Shown here piece by piece: positions 23,480 to 36,302 of a stretch of DNA of 64,000 nt. Both the position numbers and the translations under genes were made by a program. The stretch covers positions 4,124,483 to 4,188,482 of the forward strand of contig SMSO01000032.1 in the NCBI GenBank assembly GCA_004764695.1, written 5' to 3'. The notes beneath the pieces were generated by a model. That model saw only the letters and a list, made by a program, of their open reading frames with translations, made no database searches and was not told the DNA's origin. Position 1 is the stretch's first letter, and each line of letters begins with the position of its first letter. This stretch comes from Schizochytrium sp. TIO01. Its lineage: Eukaryota > Protista > Bigyra: Labyrinthulomycetes.

Positions 23480-24654
23480 CTTAACCTAAGTTTGTGTCTC
23501 CCTCTTCGCCTCACGATCCTTGTCCTTGTAGAATTGCTGCCGAGACCTTTTGCAATTCGTTCAACAGTCAAAGTTCAACTTGTCATGCGCCGTTTCGAAC
23601 CCTGGGTAGTGCGTGCCACCTACGCGCTAGACAGCCAGTGAAATGGTCAGGCCCTTCGGAACCTGTTTTGGGCACGCTCAGCGCAACACCTTGTTCTTCC
23701 AAGGCCTTCCGAGCAAGCGAGCAAAAGCCCTCTGCTTCTGTGAAAAGCGCTTGGGGTCGCGAGGTTCCTAATGTAAAGCAAACGCCACCGTCTTTGTTGC
23801 CTCTGCGAGTTTATAGCAAACAGTTGTTCACCAGTTGTTGTGTTTCTATTTGTTTATGCTGCTATGGCGCCAAAAAGCTTTAGGTCCTCCAGAGTTCGCT
23901 TTAGCTTCTAGGAGCCCAAGTTCGACGTAGTCTTGAGGCGCTGCTTGCTTGATTTGGTTTGCCTGGCACGAGGCTGCAGTTGAGAAGCGAGCGCGAAGCC
24001 TTCTCCGAATCCTCTTCTGTACAAGCCAATTATCGTGCCCAAGCCACACCGTATAGCCACCCACGGCGCAGTCCTTCAATGTAAACCAGTTTTGGTTCGT
24101 CGTAGTCGTCTTGATGGACGTACTGCAATCGACTGTGTTTCTCGTGTTTTATTTTCTGTTCGATTGGAAACATAAAACTTCAATGGAAATAGAAAACAAC
24201 CAAAAAGCATTTAGAATAAAAACGTATTAAAATAAAACAAAGCCAATTGCATAATAAGCCCTAAACCGTGCTACCTCTACCGTACATTTATTTTTTCAAG
24301 CATCGTAAAGCTGGTTATGTGACATAGATATAACCAGTGGCAGCAGCAGCAGTTCCTCAGCGATCGAAAGGTTCGCAGTATTTCTCGTTTAGACAGCACT
24401 TCATCACTTGTTAGTTTCGGTTCTATCGCCTACTTTTTCGTAACTTAGTCAGCTCCAACGTCATAACCAAAACGGGGGTTAAAGGCAAAAGTACATGCAT
24501 ATATTTTTTTAATTTAACAAAGTTAAAAAATAATGTAACTTTCTCAATCTTCACTAAAATAACAGTAAACCTTTCGAAAAAAAATGAAAAAAAAAAAAAA
24601 AAAAAATCAATCAAGAATTCTCAGCATGGAGCAACAACAGGTTAGAGCACCAAG

Positions 24655-25250
24655 TCAGAACAACTTCGTGTCTTCTTCAACCTTTCCCTTCAAGCTGCGC
24701 CGCGAGTCTTCAGGGCGGACCACTGGGCAGGCACCCACACCCCTCGCCCCGATGCGTCCTCGCGGGTGGCTGCTCGGGAGGTCTTCAAGAAAGAAAGGCT
24801 CTTCAGCCCAGCGGAAAGCGAATGAACGATTGCTCGCCCCAGTCCCAGTCCTCTGAAGTTCTGATGACAGTTCTAAGGCCGTGTCGCGGAGCGTTGAGTC
24901 GCCCCGCGGAGCTCGCGAGCTCAGAATCCTGGCAGCCCGAAGGTGCCCTGAGCGAGCCCGGCTTGGAGGCTGCAAGCGTGGCCGGATCGAGCGTTGTCGC
25001 GAGAGCTTCGAAGCGAGAGTCTCACCACATAGAACAGTACCATCATAACAGAGAGTGTGAATGAAGAAGACATTCTCGTGAGATTCAGATGGATTGTAGT
25101 ATTAAGTTGGTGGTGCCTCAGCCGTGATCGTCGTGAACGCAATGAGATCCTCGTCAGACAGGTGTCCCGCTTTCATCCATGGCCTGTTTTGCGCCATTAG
25201 AGCTCGCAGACATCATTGGTCTGGTTGTGTATTTGTGTATATCTATCTCA
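24655..25250 (-). pseudogene. Possible decayed GNAT acetyltransferase gene
   Basis: A minus-strand frame at ~24819-24872 reads CHQNFRGLGLGRAIVHSL, like GNAT motif A, just after a TAG. An upstream coding-like frame (LSDEDLIAF...*YYNPSESHENVFFIHTLCYDG) contains an internal stop. Confidence 0.25.
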
Positions 25251-26600
25251 AAGGAGGTCACGGTATATCCTTTTCATTCATTCATTCATTCATTTCTTTA
25301 TTTCTTTATTTATTTATATATTATTGTTATTTTATTTATTTATGATTATTGTTATTTTTAAATAGAATTGAAAACTAATATAACAATTAGAAATTATGCG
25401 CTCATGTTTAAAGTAATAAGAGCGACGATAATAATCAAAAACTACTTTCGTAAAAGAAAATATTTTTATTGCGAGTTTACATAAATAAATGTGAAGGCCA
25501 AACAAAACACATTCACGCGCGAGCCACCACAAGTTCGCGCAGACCGGCCTCGAGTCGCCCCCAATCCCTGGAGAAACCAAGCAGGTGTTTGGGCCGGGAG
25601 GCCGAGGAGCCAGGGGACAGCTCGATCTGACTGGCAACGAGCCGCGCAGAGTAATGTAATGGCCTTGGCCCGGAAATCCCCTTCTCTGCCTTCCTTGCAC
25701 GAAAACATGGAAGTCCTGGCAATGAGGAGGAAGACATAAAGAGGAGGATAGGTCACGTGTGACGGACGCAAATACTATTACTACGAGAATAGGGGTATAT
25801 TGTTGCTTGCCGTTAGCAAGAGTAATGCTGTTTGGTAATGTATTGTGGGGACGGGAATCTAGAACGGACGGAACGAAGGCGGAACGGGGTGGGGAGGTGA
25901 TATCGTGCACGAAAAGAAGATAGGGAAATGAAGAATCCGTTATGGCAGGTTAGAGGAAGTGTAATGTTGATTGTCGTGTAGGTAGGTAGGCAACTAGCTA
26001 GCTACCTTTTGAAGGGGTCTGATACAAGCACCAATTGAAAGAGACCCGGATAGTAGGGAATGTGATGCAAAGGATTACTCGCAAGTGTGTACGTGGAGAC
26101 TAAGATTTGTTACTTGAAGAGAAGAGCTGTCTATAGGGTACTTGGGAACTTCAGGGTGTGCACATGAATATGGGTTTGCTTTTTGAGTGGCAAGTGACAA
26201 TGTTCAACGATTCAGGTTGCTGCTGATGGCGCCGGGAGAAAGACCCTGATTACTTTTATATTTCGGCTGTTACGAACGGGGGGTGAAACAGCACAGATTG
26301 CCTAGCGGAGCGTTGCCACTGCTGCTGGTGCCTTGCAATAAGTACAATTGTTGTATGGCATAGCGGCATAGGTTTTGGAGCATACAAGCATAAAGCTATA
26401 CAATAGAGACCATTTCCTTAGTTCGAGTTATTTTAAGAGCAGATCAACTCTCGATCTGCTCAAAGTACAAAGAGAGTTTGTCGATTAGAGTCTGAATAGC
26501 AAGGGTCCAGCTGATTGCTTGAAGGGTCGCGAAGAGTTCTCCGTTTTGCAATCCATTCAGCAGCCAACTCTTTCGCACTTGAAAGTGTACGCTCATACAA

Positions 26601-29561
26601 ATGACGTCAGGAGTTGCTCTTTCTCGGCTGCCTCTCGAAGGTGATGGTGTTATCAAAAATCTGTATCATTTCTTGTGGACTCGGGATGAACTGGATTGTG
26701 GACCCAAAGTAAATATTCCTGATACTGTCATATACGAATTCCGTCAGCCTGCAACGTGGTATTTCACAAGCAAGTCAGGACACATCAAGAAAAAGAGCAG
26801 GTACAACCTTAGCAATATCAGAATTGAAGAGACATTCACTCGTAATGCTCTCAGTTCAGATATTGTAGCATCCTATCTGAGCACCAATGCAGAGTCTGGC
26901 AAGACCACCATTGAGTATTTTGATCGATCCACCTTGCGTGATTTCTTATATAATCGCGACAAAGTTGATAATGGAATACTTCAAAAGTTCGTTGAGCCAA
27001 AGGGTACACGCAATGTAATGATTCGAGGCATTTGGTCCCCTAAGCTACTCTTGTTAGAACGAAGAGAGAACCTAAAGTATCTCTCAGACGCGAAGTTTAG
27101 TCTCTATGAACGCGCTGTAACCTATGAAGGACCTGACCATTACAGTCGAGCTGCTCCCGTGCGTGGCTCGCATTTACCACTTGCAATACAAACAGTTTGC
27201 GAAGATATTGTGAATCATGTTGCAGAGGTCTCATTTCGAAAGTTTGGTATTTCTCGTATGGCGGCAAATTTTAAAGTTGATGGGAACGATCGCGTTTGGT
27301 TTCTTTGGTGCTCATCGCTTCGTCTGGCACAGACCTTGCCTGCAAAAACGCCAGATGGATCAGTCGCAAACCTTGCTGGTGTTACTTCACAACCGTCTTC
27401 ATTCATGTCATCATCGTTTGGCATGCCCCCACGGCAAAATATCATACCTAGTAGCAAAGGACCCGTGAGTTTGCTTCCGCACTGCGAAGTTCCGCCTGTT
27501 GTACAGCAGGCCTTCAGTACAAATAAAGCAAGTCGCGCTGCTGGAAGCCATCTGCCACTTGATGAAATTCGTCCCCCTGATAGGTCGGGCCAAAACGAAA
27601 TGCGCGAACCAGCTGCTGATGGGCGCCATACAGCAACTTCAAATTTGAGCGAGAGTGTAGTTGCAATACAAACAAGCACATGCCGAAGCTGTCGTAACTC
27701 TGTACTCATGGATAGGTTTTATCGAGTACCTTACAAAACTATTGTGGCGCATTTTGAACAGTTCATGACAGTAATAGCTGCAAATCATGCGGGAGGACGC
27801 CTTCATCAGAACAAAGACCATCACCATCACCACATTAACTTCAACGACGCCGAGGATGAAAGAAACGAAAGAGACACCCACCGTCACGGTTCAGCATCAA
27901 AGAAGATGCAGATTGAGTGGCCGCCTTCTCGAGAACTTGTCAAGGCAGTGGGTGGAGTAGGGCTTGGTCCGTTGGATGACTTACGCGAGAGCATTCGCAC
28001 AGCAAAAGATCGTTCAAAGATAACAATTGCTCAGGAGGACATTGAAATCCCCCCCATTATTCGTGAAACTCACCCGCATCTTGCAGCTGAAGACTATCGT
28101 CGGTATCGACGAGATCCCATGTTTTTGTACAAAACTAGTGCTGTATGCGAGGATTGCTATCTAATATTTGCGCAGGTAGCAAACTCTGCCAAAACTGACC
28201 TATTCGCTAAAGAGTTGCAGAGGCAGCTGGATGACATGTATGGGACATCCGACGAAGACCCAAGCCTTCGTCGTAGTCGCCTACATGAGAAAAATCAACG
28301 TGCGAATATTGACCATATTGAAAGAACAAGTCGTAATCGACGCGAACGCCGAGAGAGGAGACGTCAGGATCGCGAGCGCCATCGTCTTGCTCAGCAAGAA
28401 GTTGACTCCTTGCGTCGCCCAAGTAGTACGTCGCGCTTGGTGAAGATGACAGGGCCGTCTATGCCACCTCGCATCGACGAAAAAAACATTGCTTCGATTT
28501 CTATCTCCAAGTCCGAGGCTGTCTTGGAGCTTTTGCAAAAACGGGAGAAGGAAATCGAAAGTCAGCTTTCTCCGCTCAGATCTGCCGAGGGAAAGCGTCC
28601 ATCGTCCACATCCTCGTTCGGTGATGTCAACGACCTTTCGCAAGACTTTCAACAGGAGCTACGAGAACGTGAGAACGCATTCTTTCGTGACTTGTATCGT
28701 AACCCGAATTTGGAGCACGGTCATCCACTTTCACACATGATTTCCTCACAGGCAAAAGTTCATATTACAGAGGCAGCTCTTACAAGTGGTGCAAAGAAAG
28801 ACATCTCTACTAAGAGACGGACAATTTCATCACCACATGGTCAATCCCGTAACGGTGCACGCGGTAATCGAAATGGCACACGAGCATTCATTGCTCAATT
28901 TCTTAGTCCCAGAGAGCTTGAGAGCGTGGATTGGAGTAGCCCATATGTGCAGACTCAAGTGGTTACGAAACCTTCTGGGGCTGGTTCAAATCATAAACAC
29001 AAGAGCCCACGTGGATCAAAGAAAACACAGCTGGTACATACAGTAGACCACACACAAGAGGAGCGACCAAGCATGAGCGATACAAAGTCTGCATCTGAGC
29101 ATCGAGACTTCCTCTTGAAGACACTTCAGCATGTCCAAGATCAGCTTGATAACCCAATGCCTCTTGCTCAAGCTGTGGGCCTCGAAAGAGCTGCACAGAT
29201 TGCAACGGAGAGTGTTGAGCAGGGCCTGACACTGGACGATGCTTGGGAAGCTCGCGACCGCGCTTTAATTGCAACTCCTTCAAATATTGGAAGGGTGAAA
29301 CGAGCGGCTATCCATGTTGGTGGAATCCGAATGATGGCAGCTGTGGACATCCATCGCGAAGACATGGTTATCACTGTATTCAACCCACGAATTAGTCTTT
29401 CTCAAAAAATTGAGGTTCCTATGACTGTCGTCCTTCAAAATGCACCAGAGTCGTGTACAGACAGCGAATCGCTCGCTGATTTTGTCCTTGGAGCGCTTGA
29501 GCCAGACACAGTGTCAAGTCTCATTCCTGATGGAACACCAGTAAAATTAGGCTTTTCTTAA
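26601..29561 (+). CDS. Hypothetical 986-aa protein with globular N-terminal domain and split CxxC pair
   Basis: Long intact ORF. Ordered N-terminus (VNIPDTVIY...WYFTS, GILQKFVEPKG, YERAVTYEG, NFKVDGNDRVWFLWCSSLR), CRSC and CEDC motifs, then charged low-complexity sequence. Confidence 0.8.
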   Translation: MTSGVALSRLPLEGDGVIKNLYHFLWTRDELDCGPKVNIPDTVIYEFRQPATWYFTSKSGHIKKKSRYNLSNIRIEETFTRNALSSDIVASYLSTNAESGKTTIEYFDRSTLRDFLYNRDKVDNGILQKFVEPKGTRNVMIRGIWSPKLLLLERRENLKYLSDAKFSLYERAVTYEGPDHYSRAAPVRGSHLPLAIQTVCEDIVNHVAEVSFRKFGISRMAANFKVDGNDRVWFLWCSSLRLAQTLPAKTPDGSVANLAGVTSQPSSFMSSSFGMPPRQNIIPSSKGPVSLLPHCEVPPVVQQAFSTNKASRAAGSHLPLDEIRPPDRSGQNEMREPAADGRHTATSNLSESVVAIQTSTCRSCRNSVLMDRFYRVPYKTIVAHFEQFMTVIAANHAGGRLHQNKDHHHHHINFNDAEDERNERDTHRHGSASKKMQIEWPPSRELVKAVGGVGLGPLDDLRESIRTAKDRSKITIAQEDIEIPPIIRETHPHLAAEDYRRYRRDPMFLYKTSAVCEDCYLIFAQVANSAKTDLFAKELQRQLDDMYGTSDEDPSLRRSRLHEKNQRANIDHIERTSRNRRERRERRRQDRERHRLAQQEVDSLRRPSSTSRLVKMTGPSMPPRIDEKNIASISISKSEAVLELLQKREKEIESQLSPLRSAEGKRPSSTSSFGDVNDLSQDFQQELRERENAFFRDLYRNPNLEHGHPLSHMISSQAKVHITEAALTSGAKKDISTKRRTISSPHGQSRNGARGNRNGTRAFIAQFLSPRELESVDWSSPYVQTQVVTKPSGAGSNHKHKSPRGSKKTQLVHTVDHTQEERPSMSDTKSASEHRDFLLKTLQHVQDQLDNPMPLAQAVGLERAAQIATESVEQGLTLDDAWEARDRALIATPSNIGRVKRAAIHVGGIRMMAAVDIHREDMVITVFNPRISLSQKIEVPMTVVLQNAPESCTDSESLADFVLGALEPDTVSSLIPDGTPVKLGFS

Positions 29562-30128
29562 TTATTGTTTTCATTTTGGTTGATTGTGTGTTTCAGCCTT
29601 CATGTTGGCTCGTACTTTACTGTTTTTTCATGAGAATTTCTTTATCTTTGTTAAGTTACCTTGCAATCTCCAAAAAATCATATTTCTCCTTCTATGGGTT
29701 TCCAAGCATATGTCTTGTTAAACGAAAAAACATGGTTAAAATGTTGTGTTTGTAGTAGTACCTCCTACCAGGACAAATAAAAAGTGTCCATGTCATGATA
29801 GACTGGTACATGGGAACGCCACTATAAACAAATACAAAGTACACACTGCTTGTTCTCCTGTGCAAGGGCGGCGCGGGATGGAGGAGAGAGCATTTGGATA
29901 AGCAGCATCATGTTTCTACTTGAGTCTTTTTCGTCGACCATCTTTATTTGGATTCTTCGGACACCTTAGAATTGCTTAATTCACGTGTAGTGTGAGAGCA
30001 GGACCTCGGAGGAGGGTGGTGGAGAAGGGCATCTCCGTCTGTGAAGCGCTGTAGTCAAGACTTCCGTGTAAGAAAGCGTATTACAAAACCACTACAGGAG
30101 GTTAGCTCCCTTTGATTTATGCAACGTC

Positions 30129-32515
30129 ATGACGACTCCACCAAATAAACAAAGGAGAAGCTCAGTGGGCGAGCTCTACTCTCTCCTGAACAAATCACGC
30201 GATGGTGCGACATTAAATCGTACTCTCAACACTGCAGCTTCTGCAAAGGTTCTTCATATGCCATCTCTGCTGAGCGAGCTTGACCGGGATCTCAAAGATC
30301 AAGATACTAAGCACGAGTCTGGTCGTGCTGAGGAAGGCAAGAATGTACAAGCGGACTCAAAACCAGCAAAAAAGAAACTAAACCGGTTAAAACTACACAA
30401 GCTGAAAGATAAGAAGCAAGCAGCTGCCACTGCAGCTGGAATGAAAGTTAACCGAGATTTCCCATGGCATTTACAAGTGCAGCCGATGGAAATCTTTGGG
30501 TCTCACGAACGAGACCTCTCTGCACGAGGCGATGCTCATCGCACCACTGCATATTGGAAAAAGGAAATCAAGAGACATACAAACACATTGTCAATTGGCG
30601 GCGCCCGCCTGACACGTCCAGAAGCCTTTAAGTCTCATTTTTGTCGAGCATTTGCTGAAGCTAGGCTTGGCCATGATGACTGTGCCTTCAGTGACTATTC
30701 TGCAGCAATCCAAGCAATGCCTACAAACGGAGCAGCCTATTTTAATCGTTCAGCAATCCATTGCCGCCTTGGAAGGTTTGAAAGCGCTATTGAGGATCTT
30801 GGTGTAGCAATCGAACGCGACCCATCCCATCGAGCAGAATATTATGGAAATCGAGCTCTACTGCACCGAAAATTAGGAAATTTTGCTGAGGCGATGAATG
30901 ACTACGAGCTCTCAGAATACCAGCGAGAGCTGCGTGCAAATCGACGAAGAACGTTTCGACGAGCCAATACACGGTCTATGAACTCTGCAGAACAATACCA
31001 AATCCTTGCTGAGCTAGGAAAAGCGAAAGACGGAACGAAACTTGCTGCGTGCCTCCAAAGCAATCCTGAAACACGAAGTAAGGCATATATCGACGAAATT
31101 TGTGATTCATTAAGAGAGCAGGTTCTCTTCAAGTCATTACCAGAAGAAATCCTCCGTGGTCTGAGCAAAATGGCTAAGTACGTCAAGGTGAGATCAGGCC
31201 ATTATGTTTTCAATGAGGGGGACATTGGAAACTCAATGTATGTTATTCTTGCCGGCGAAGTTACAGTTCGAAAATCAAAGGTTGAAAGTCCGACCAACAA
31301 ATCATTTCGCCGAAGGCCAGCGGGAATTGAAGAGGATATGCCATCGCCGGGGGAGTCCATCCTCCAGGAGCTTCAAGATTTCATCCGCAAGGCACCAGTC
31401 AATGAAATCATTCTTGCTAATCTTGGCCCAGGAGTAAGCTTTGGGGAGATTGGCGATGACGCCCCCCCGCCTTCTTCAGAAGAAGAAACTGACGAATCTC
31501 TAGTTCATAAATTAAAAGTCATGGCATCCACAAATAAAGACAAACCTAATATATCAATTGGAGATTCAGAAGAGGCGCCAAGTAACTATGGATCTGAAGA
31601 TGTAGATGAGGCAGATCTCCTGTCTGATCTGGCATCTTCTGACATATCAAGCGCAAGCGCTTCTATGAAATTCAAACGAAGAGAAACAACTCGCCAAATG
31701 CGAAGAAGAAAGGCGTCAATCTACGCAGAAGAGGATACTGAGCTTCTAATGTTTGAGACGAGTCCGTCAGCAAACAAGATTCTTAACATGTATAGATCCT
31801 GGCAGGTCGACCATCGAGTGCAGTCTTTCAGAAAGAGTAATATTTTTGCACATTGGACTGATGAAGATCTTGAAAAATTGGCCAAAAAGGCAATGATGCA
31901 ACAGTTTGCATCAGGTTCTATCCTTATTGAGCAAAGAGGAGCAGTGGACGATCTTTACTTCATCCTCTGTGGTGTTTGCCGGCTATCTAGAAAAACTAAC
32001 GTCGCAAAGCCGGCAGAACCTTCTGGACACCCAGCTCGAGCTTCATCATATACAGCAATCCTTGAGGACATCGAAGATGACATTCATGAGCCGTTTTCAC
32101 GCTATGGTGCGAAGCCAACCCCAGCCAAGCGAGCTGAGCTTCGGGAATTCGAAGTTGGAGTCATCGGGTGTGGACAAGTAGCAGGAGAGTTTGCGGTTCT
32201 AGAAAATCATCTTCAAATGCCGTCACCTGTTACTGTGACAGCTATGACAACCGTGGATGTTCTTGTAATAACTCGGGAGGAACTATCGGATATTATGCCA
32301 TGTTTTACGGTGAGTCTATGGTGAAGATTCGCGAGAATCTTCGGGTTAACTGTATGCCTCATAATATCATTCGAGCAAAATATGCAGATAATCGTAATTG
32401 GGAGCGTGAAAAACGACGTCTTGTGCTTAGTAGCGTCACGATGAACAATCGCCTTCGAAGGGTTCAGCAAGAGCTCGAGGCCTCAGAAAGAGAAGTAAAT
32501 CAGGCAAGCAGATAA
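30129..32515 (+). CDS. TPR plus two cyclic-nucleotide-binding domains protein (one frameshift at ~32305)
   Basis: TPRs (AYFNRSAIHCRLG, YYGNRALLHRKLG); CNBD motifs VFNEGDIGNSMYVILAGEV...GVSFGEI and ILIEQRGAVDDLYFILCGVC...GQVAGEFAVL. Adding one T to TGTTTTACGG continues into YGESMVKIRENL...NWEREKRRLV. Confidence 0.8.
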
Positions 32516-32589
32516 CATTTTTTACAAGCACGATAAAAACCTTTTGCTATTGGCAGAATAAATACCTCGTAATATACATCTCAAATTGC

Positions 32590-33057
32590 TCAGAGCTCCT
32601 TAGCCTCCTCACCTTCTTTACTAATTAATTGTGTTTCCCCTTCTTCGCCCGGCGGCGCTTGCTCGACGCTAGCAGCTATAGCCGCAGCATCAGCTTCAAG
32701 CTTGTCGCGACGTTCGTTGTTCCGTTGTCGGATCTTGCGAAGCGTCCATTCTCTCTCTCTCTCCGTAAGTTTGTCCCAATTGGTGATACGGCGTGTTGTT
32801 CCATCAGAGTTTATAATAATTGGTCCAAGAGTGTCGAAAACCAACTTGCCTCCCACGGCAAGCTTCGGGACAGGCCCATCCTCCAAGCCAGTGCTTGTTC
32901 CTGCGTCAGGTAAGGAAAGCACCGCCTCTCCTTCATTGTCAGAAGATGCCAAGTTCCCAGCTTCCTGCGTCTTTACAATGTTCTCTGCACGAGCCCCAGC
33001 AAGCATCACTATCATCATGACGCTCAACAAAATTGTCAAGAATAGCTTGCGTCCCAT
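32590..33057 (-). CDS. Small signal-peptide protein with conserved LGPIIINSDGT motif
   Basis: MGRKLFLTILLSVMMIVMLAGARA signal peptide. FDTLGPIIINSDGTTRRITNWDKLTEREREWTLRKIRQRN matches an uncharacterised family I recognise from fungi and protists. Confidence 0.7.
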   Translation of the reverse strand: MGRKLFLTILLSVMMIVMLAGARAENIVKTQEAGNLASSDNEGEAVLSLPDAGTSTGLEDGPVPKLAVGGKLVFDTLGPIIINSDGTTRRITNWDKLTEREREWTLRKIRQRNNERRDKLEADAAAIAASVEQAPPGEEGETQLISKEGEEAKEL

Positions 33058-33693
33058 AGTTGCTTTCGATCCGGCCCACGAAGCAAAACCAACACTGATT
33101 CCACTACCCCAATACCACTTTTCGTGCAAAGGAGCAGCTTCCCAGCCCCAAAACGGTTCGTCCTGGACCTTTTCGCAAGGCACGCCCTGTAACTCCTGCC
33201 CAAGCAATATAGATCTGCATGCGGGAGGTTCTCAAACCAAACTCGAGTCCTTCAATTTCTTTCCAGATCGATGCGCTCTTATCTTCTCCAGCGTGGCTTC
33301 CAAAGTGTCACCGGGGAAACCGGGGAATCATAGGCTATTATCGGCCAAACCCTCGCAACGGCTATATCTGCTCTAGAGCGAATGTGGAGAATGGCTGCGA
33401 TCTTCATAAAGTAGGCACATTGCGTGGCAGTGACCAATGATTGATAGTGAGTGCCTATGGTCAACACCATTGGAACACTAGCATATTTTTGGCTTGAAGA
33501 CCTGGTTTTACAGGTTACGCATTGTGCTAGAAGTGCGAATAGTGGGTTACATTGATTATATTAGTTACTTTAATTACTGCAAGTGTTTGGCGTTTCCTGC
33601 AAACTCGGGCTGCCTGGGTGCAGAACTTGAGCTGAGAGCCAAGTCGATGGTCATTGCCGTGCCGGAGTTCAAGTGAGTAGCCTGGTTAGTGAA

Positions 33694-36063
33694 ATGGCAG
33701 CGGAAGAGGTCTCAGCGTGGATCGAACGTACAGATGCGCGAACGGGCCGAACATATTGGGGCAACCTCAAGACAAAGGTACGTGAGGCCCAGTGGAAAGT
33801 GCTGTGCTTAGTCAGTATGTGCCAAAACTGTGCATAACGCAAGAAACAATGTGATATAGAGCCGAAATGAACTGACGAATCGGTTGGGTAAAACTTGGTT
33901 GATTATGTTCTGCAGCAAACTACATGGGAGGAGCCAGACACAGTCCGGAAATGGAGATCGAGTTCCGTAGAAGAGAACTTTGTCGAGGTCATCGATCCAA
34001 AGACGAAGCTCCCATATTATGTCTGCCAAAGAACGCGTAGTAGTACATGGATTAAACCTCTTGGGCAGATTCGGCAAACAAGCAAGGCACACGCAAAACA
34101 TTCGAAACATGAAAAGAAGGAGAAACTACAGGAACATCAACAAGACTCAGCAAGAGTAGTTGAGCAGCACAGTGATGGCAATGAAGCAAAAGATGCTAGC
34201 GCAGCAGGCTACGTAGGCAAGCTGGATTCTAAAACAAGTAGCGAAAAGGCAGAGAAGAAAAGGATTACAAAAGAACGGATTCCTACTTCAGCATCTCCCT
34301 TGCAAGCAAATATCCGCAAATCTACCAAGTCCTTAGCTAGCGTTGTGAAAGCAACTATTTCTGCTGCTTCGCCTGTGTCAGAACATACCGAGTTTGAGGA
34401 TGCAACTTGGGTAGAATGTTTTGACCACAAGCGTCAGCGAACATACTACTTTAATGCTCAGACTGGAAAAACAACGTGGACCAAACCTGCCACCACACAA
34501 ATTATCAAAGCAACGCTATGGCAGCAACTGAAGGCGAAAGGTAGAGCCTTGAAATCAAAGGCGAAAGAGGGCCGATTAAACCAAGACACACCGAACTCCC
34601 AGTCATCAGATTCAGCTGAAGAAACGTATCTGGATCTTGATGCTAAAGAAAAGATTGTTGTTGAGAAAACCAAGGATGGATTATGGGACGCAGGCGTCAA
34701 GCTTGAAGACTACCAGTCAAAAGAGGTTCTGACAGAAGAAGTACATGTACGTAGCCAGACATCATCTCGAGCTTCCTCTCAAGGCCTAGTTTCATCGAGC
34801 AGCAAGCCCAGCCTCATTGAGACTGTTAGCGCAGGAAGTTCTGAACCGCATCTCTATAGTGAGGAGAACGAATTAGCGCAGGACCAAACTAAAGATGATG
34901 TGATTGAAAGTGACTCAGAAAATATGGAAAGATTGTTAGGTAAAGACACGTCGGGCAGTGATTTTCAAGACTCGAAAATTGAGAAGAACTTAGAATCATT
35001 CTCAGATACCAACGGCGAGTCAGTACCTGGTTCTTTGGAAAACACAGAATATGGGCGTCTCCAAGTTACCATTCCATGTTCTCATGAATACACGAAAGCC
35101 TCTGGACTACAAATCCACTCAAGTCAGAGAAACCTTCCTACAAACTCTGATCAGCCCAACCTCTCGACAGACTCTGATCTGTCGGTGGACAACTCGAGCG
35201 CTGTAGTCAGGGACGATGGGTCTGTATGCGGATGGTTGCATCATCGGCATCATGACACAAAAATGTTTACCAGAGTATACTGCAAACTTTATGAAGGTCA
35301 GCTGCAAATCATGAAGAACGAGAATGAGACTTCTCCCCGTGATATTCAGGCTAGCTTTCCAATGATCACAGCTCAGAGGGTGGAAGTGTATGACGATGAC
35401 GATGCACCTTTGGACGCGTCAGATGATCATGCGGATGGATCATCAGATAACTTTATATTCATGATCTGTTTAGAAAGCTCCTCACAAACCTGGATTCTTG
35501 GTACTAATTCGATAGAAGACTTTCAAACGTGGCTTGAAGCACTCCAACAGCAGGTTCGACGTTCGAGAGTAGCATCGTTAGATACTTTGAGTCCAGGAGA
35601 CGGACCAGTCAGTGGCTTTGGAGCAAAGTCTAGCTCGCCTCACGACGCTACTTCGCTTCTCCAGTCAAGAAGGCGGGGCCTCTCTTCAAATCGTCTGCAT
35701 GTATCGGTGCCATTGTCGCCCAGATATAGATCTGGTTCTACAGCGTTTCAGAAACCGCATCCAAGTTCTCCTGGTAAAGATGCATATCTTCGCAGCTCTT
35801 CAGAAGGCCAGATCAGTGATTGGAAATTGGAGGCTGGCCACGAAGCATTCTCTTCTTGGTGCACTGTTCATAATTTCAGTATTTATCTGGACAAATTTCA
35901 CGAAGCTGGATACGATGACCTCCTTCTGCTTGCTGGTCTCAATGATAATGATCTCAAAGAAATGTTAACGGAGCATGTTGAAATCCCAAAGCCAGGGCAT
36001 CGCATGAAGGTTGTCCTAGCTGTGAGAAAGTTACGAGATCTTATTGGCGGGCATCCACACTAG
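33694..36063 (+). CDS. WW(x3)-PH-SAM scaffold protein (exons 33694-33777, 33916-36063)
   Basis: Unlisted exon 1 MAAEEVSAWIERTDARTGRTYWGNLKTK splices (GTACGT...TGCAG) to QTTWEEP, completing WW1. Two more WW domains, a PH domain (VCGWLHHR...FQTWLEALQQ) and a SAM domain (YLDKFHEAGYDDL...KPGHRMKV) follow. Confidence 0.85.
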
Positions 36064-36302
36064 CTATCGATACAGAATGTTCTCATTCTATAAATTGGCA
36101 CTTTGGGCAATCATTGACTTTTAAATTAGTAAACACTTGCGGAATGTTCTGCATGGAATGCCAATTTTAATAAAAGTGTAAATGTCTGAGGAATGAGGTG
36201 AAGGGGATCATTCAAAAAACAATCCTTGGACCAGATGAGAGATTAAAGATGGTGTTACTAGCATATTTGAATAGTTTAAAAAAAAGAAAAGAATGAGGTT
36301 GT

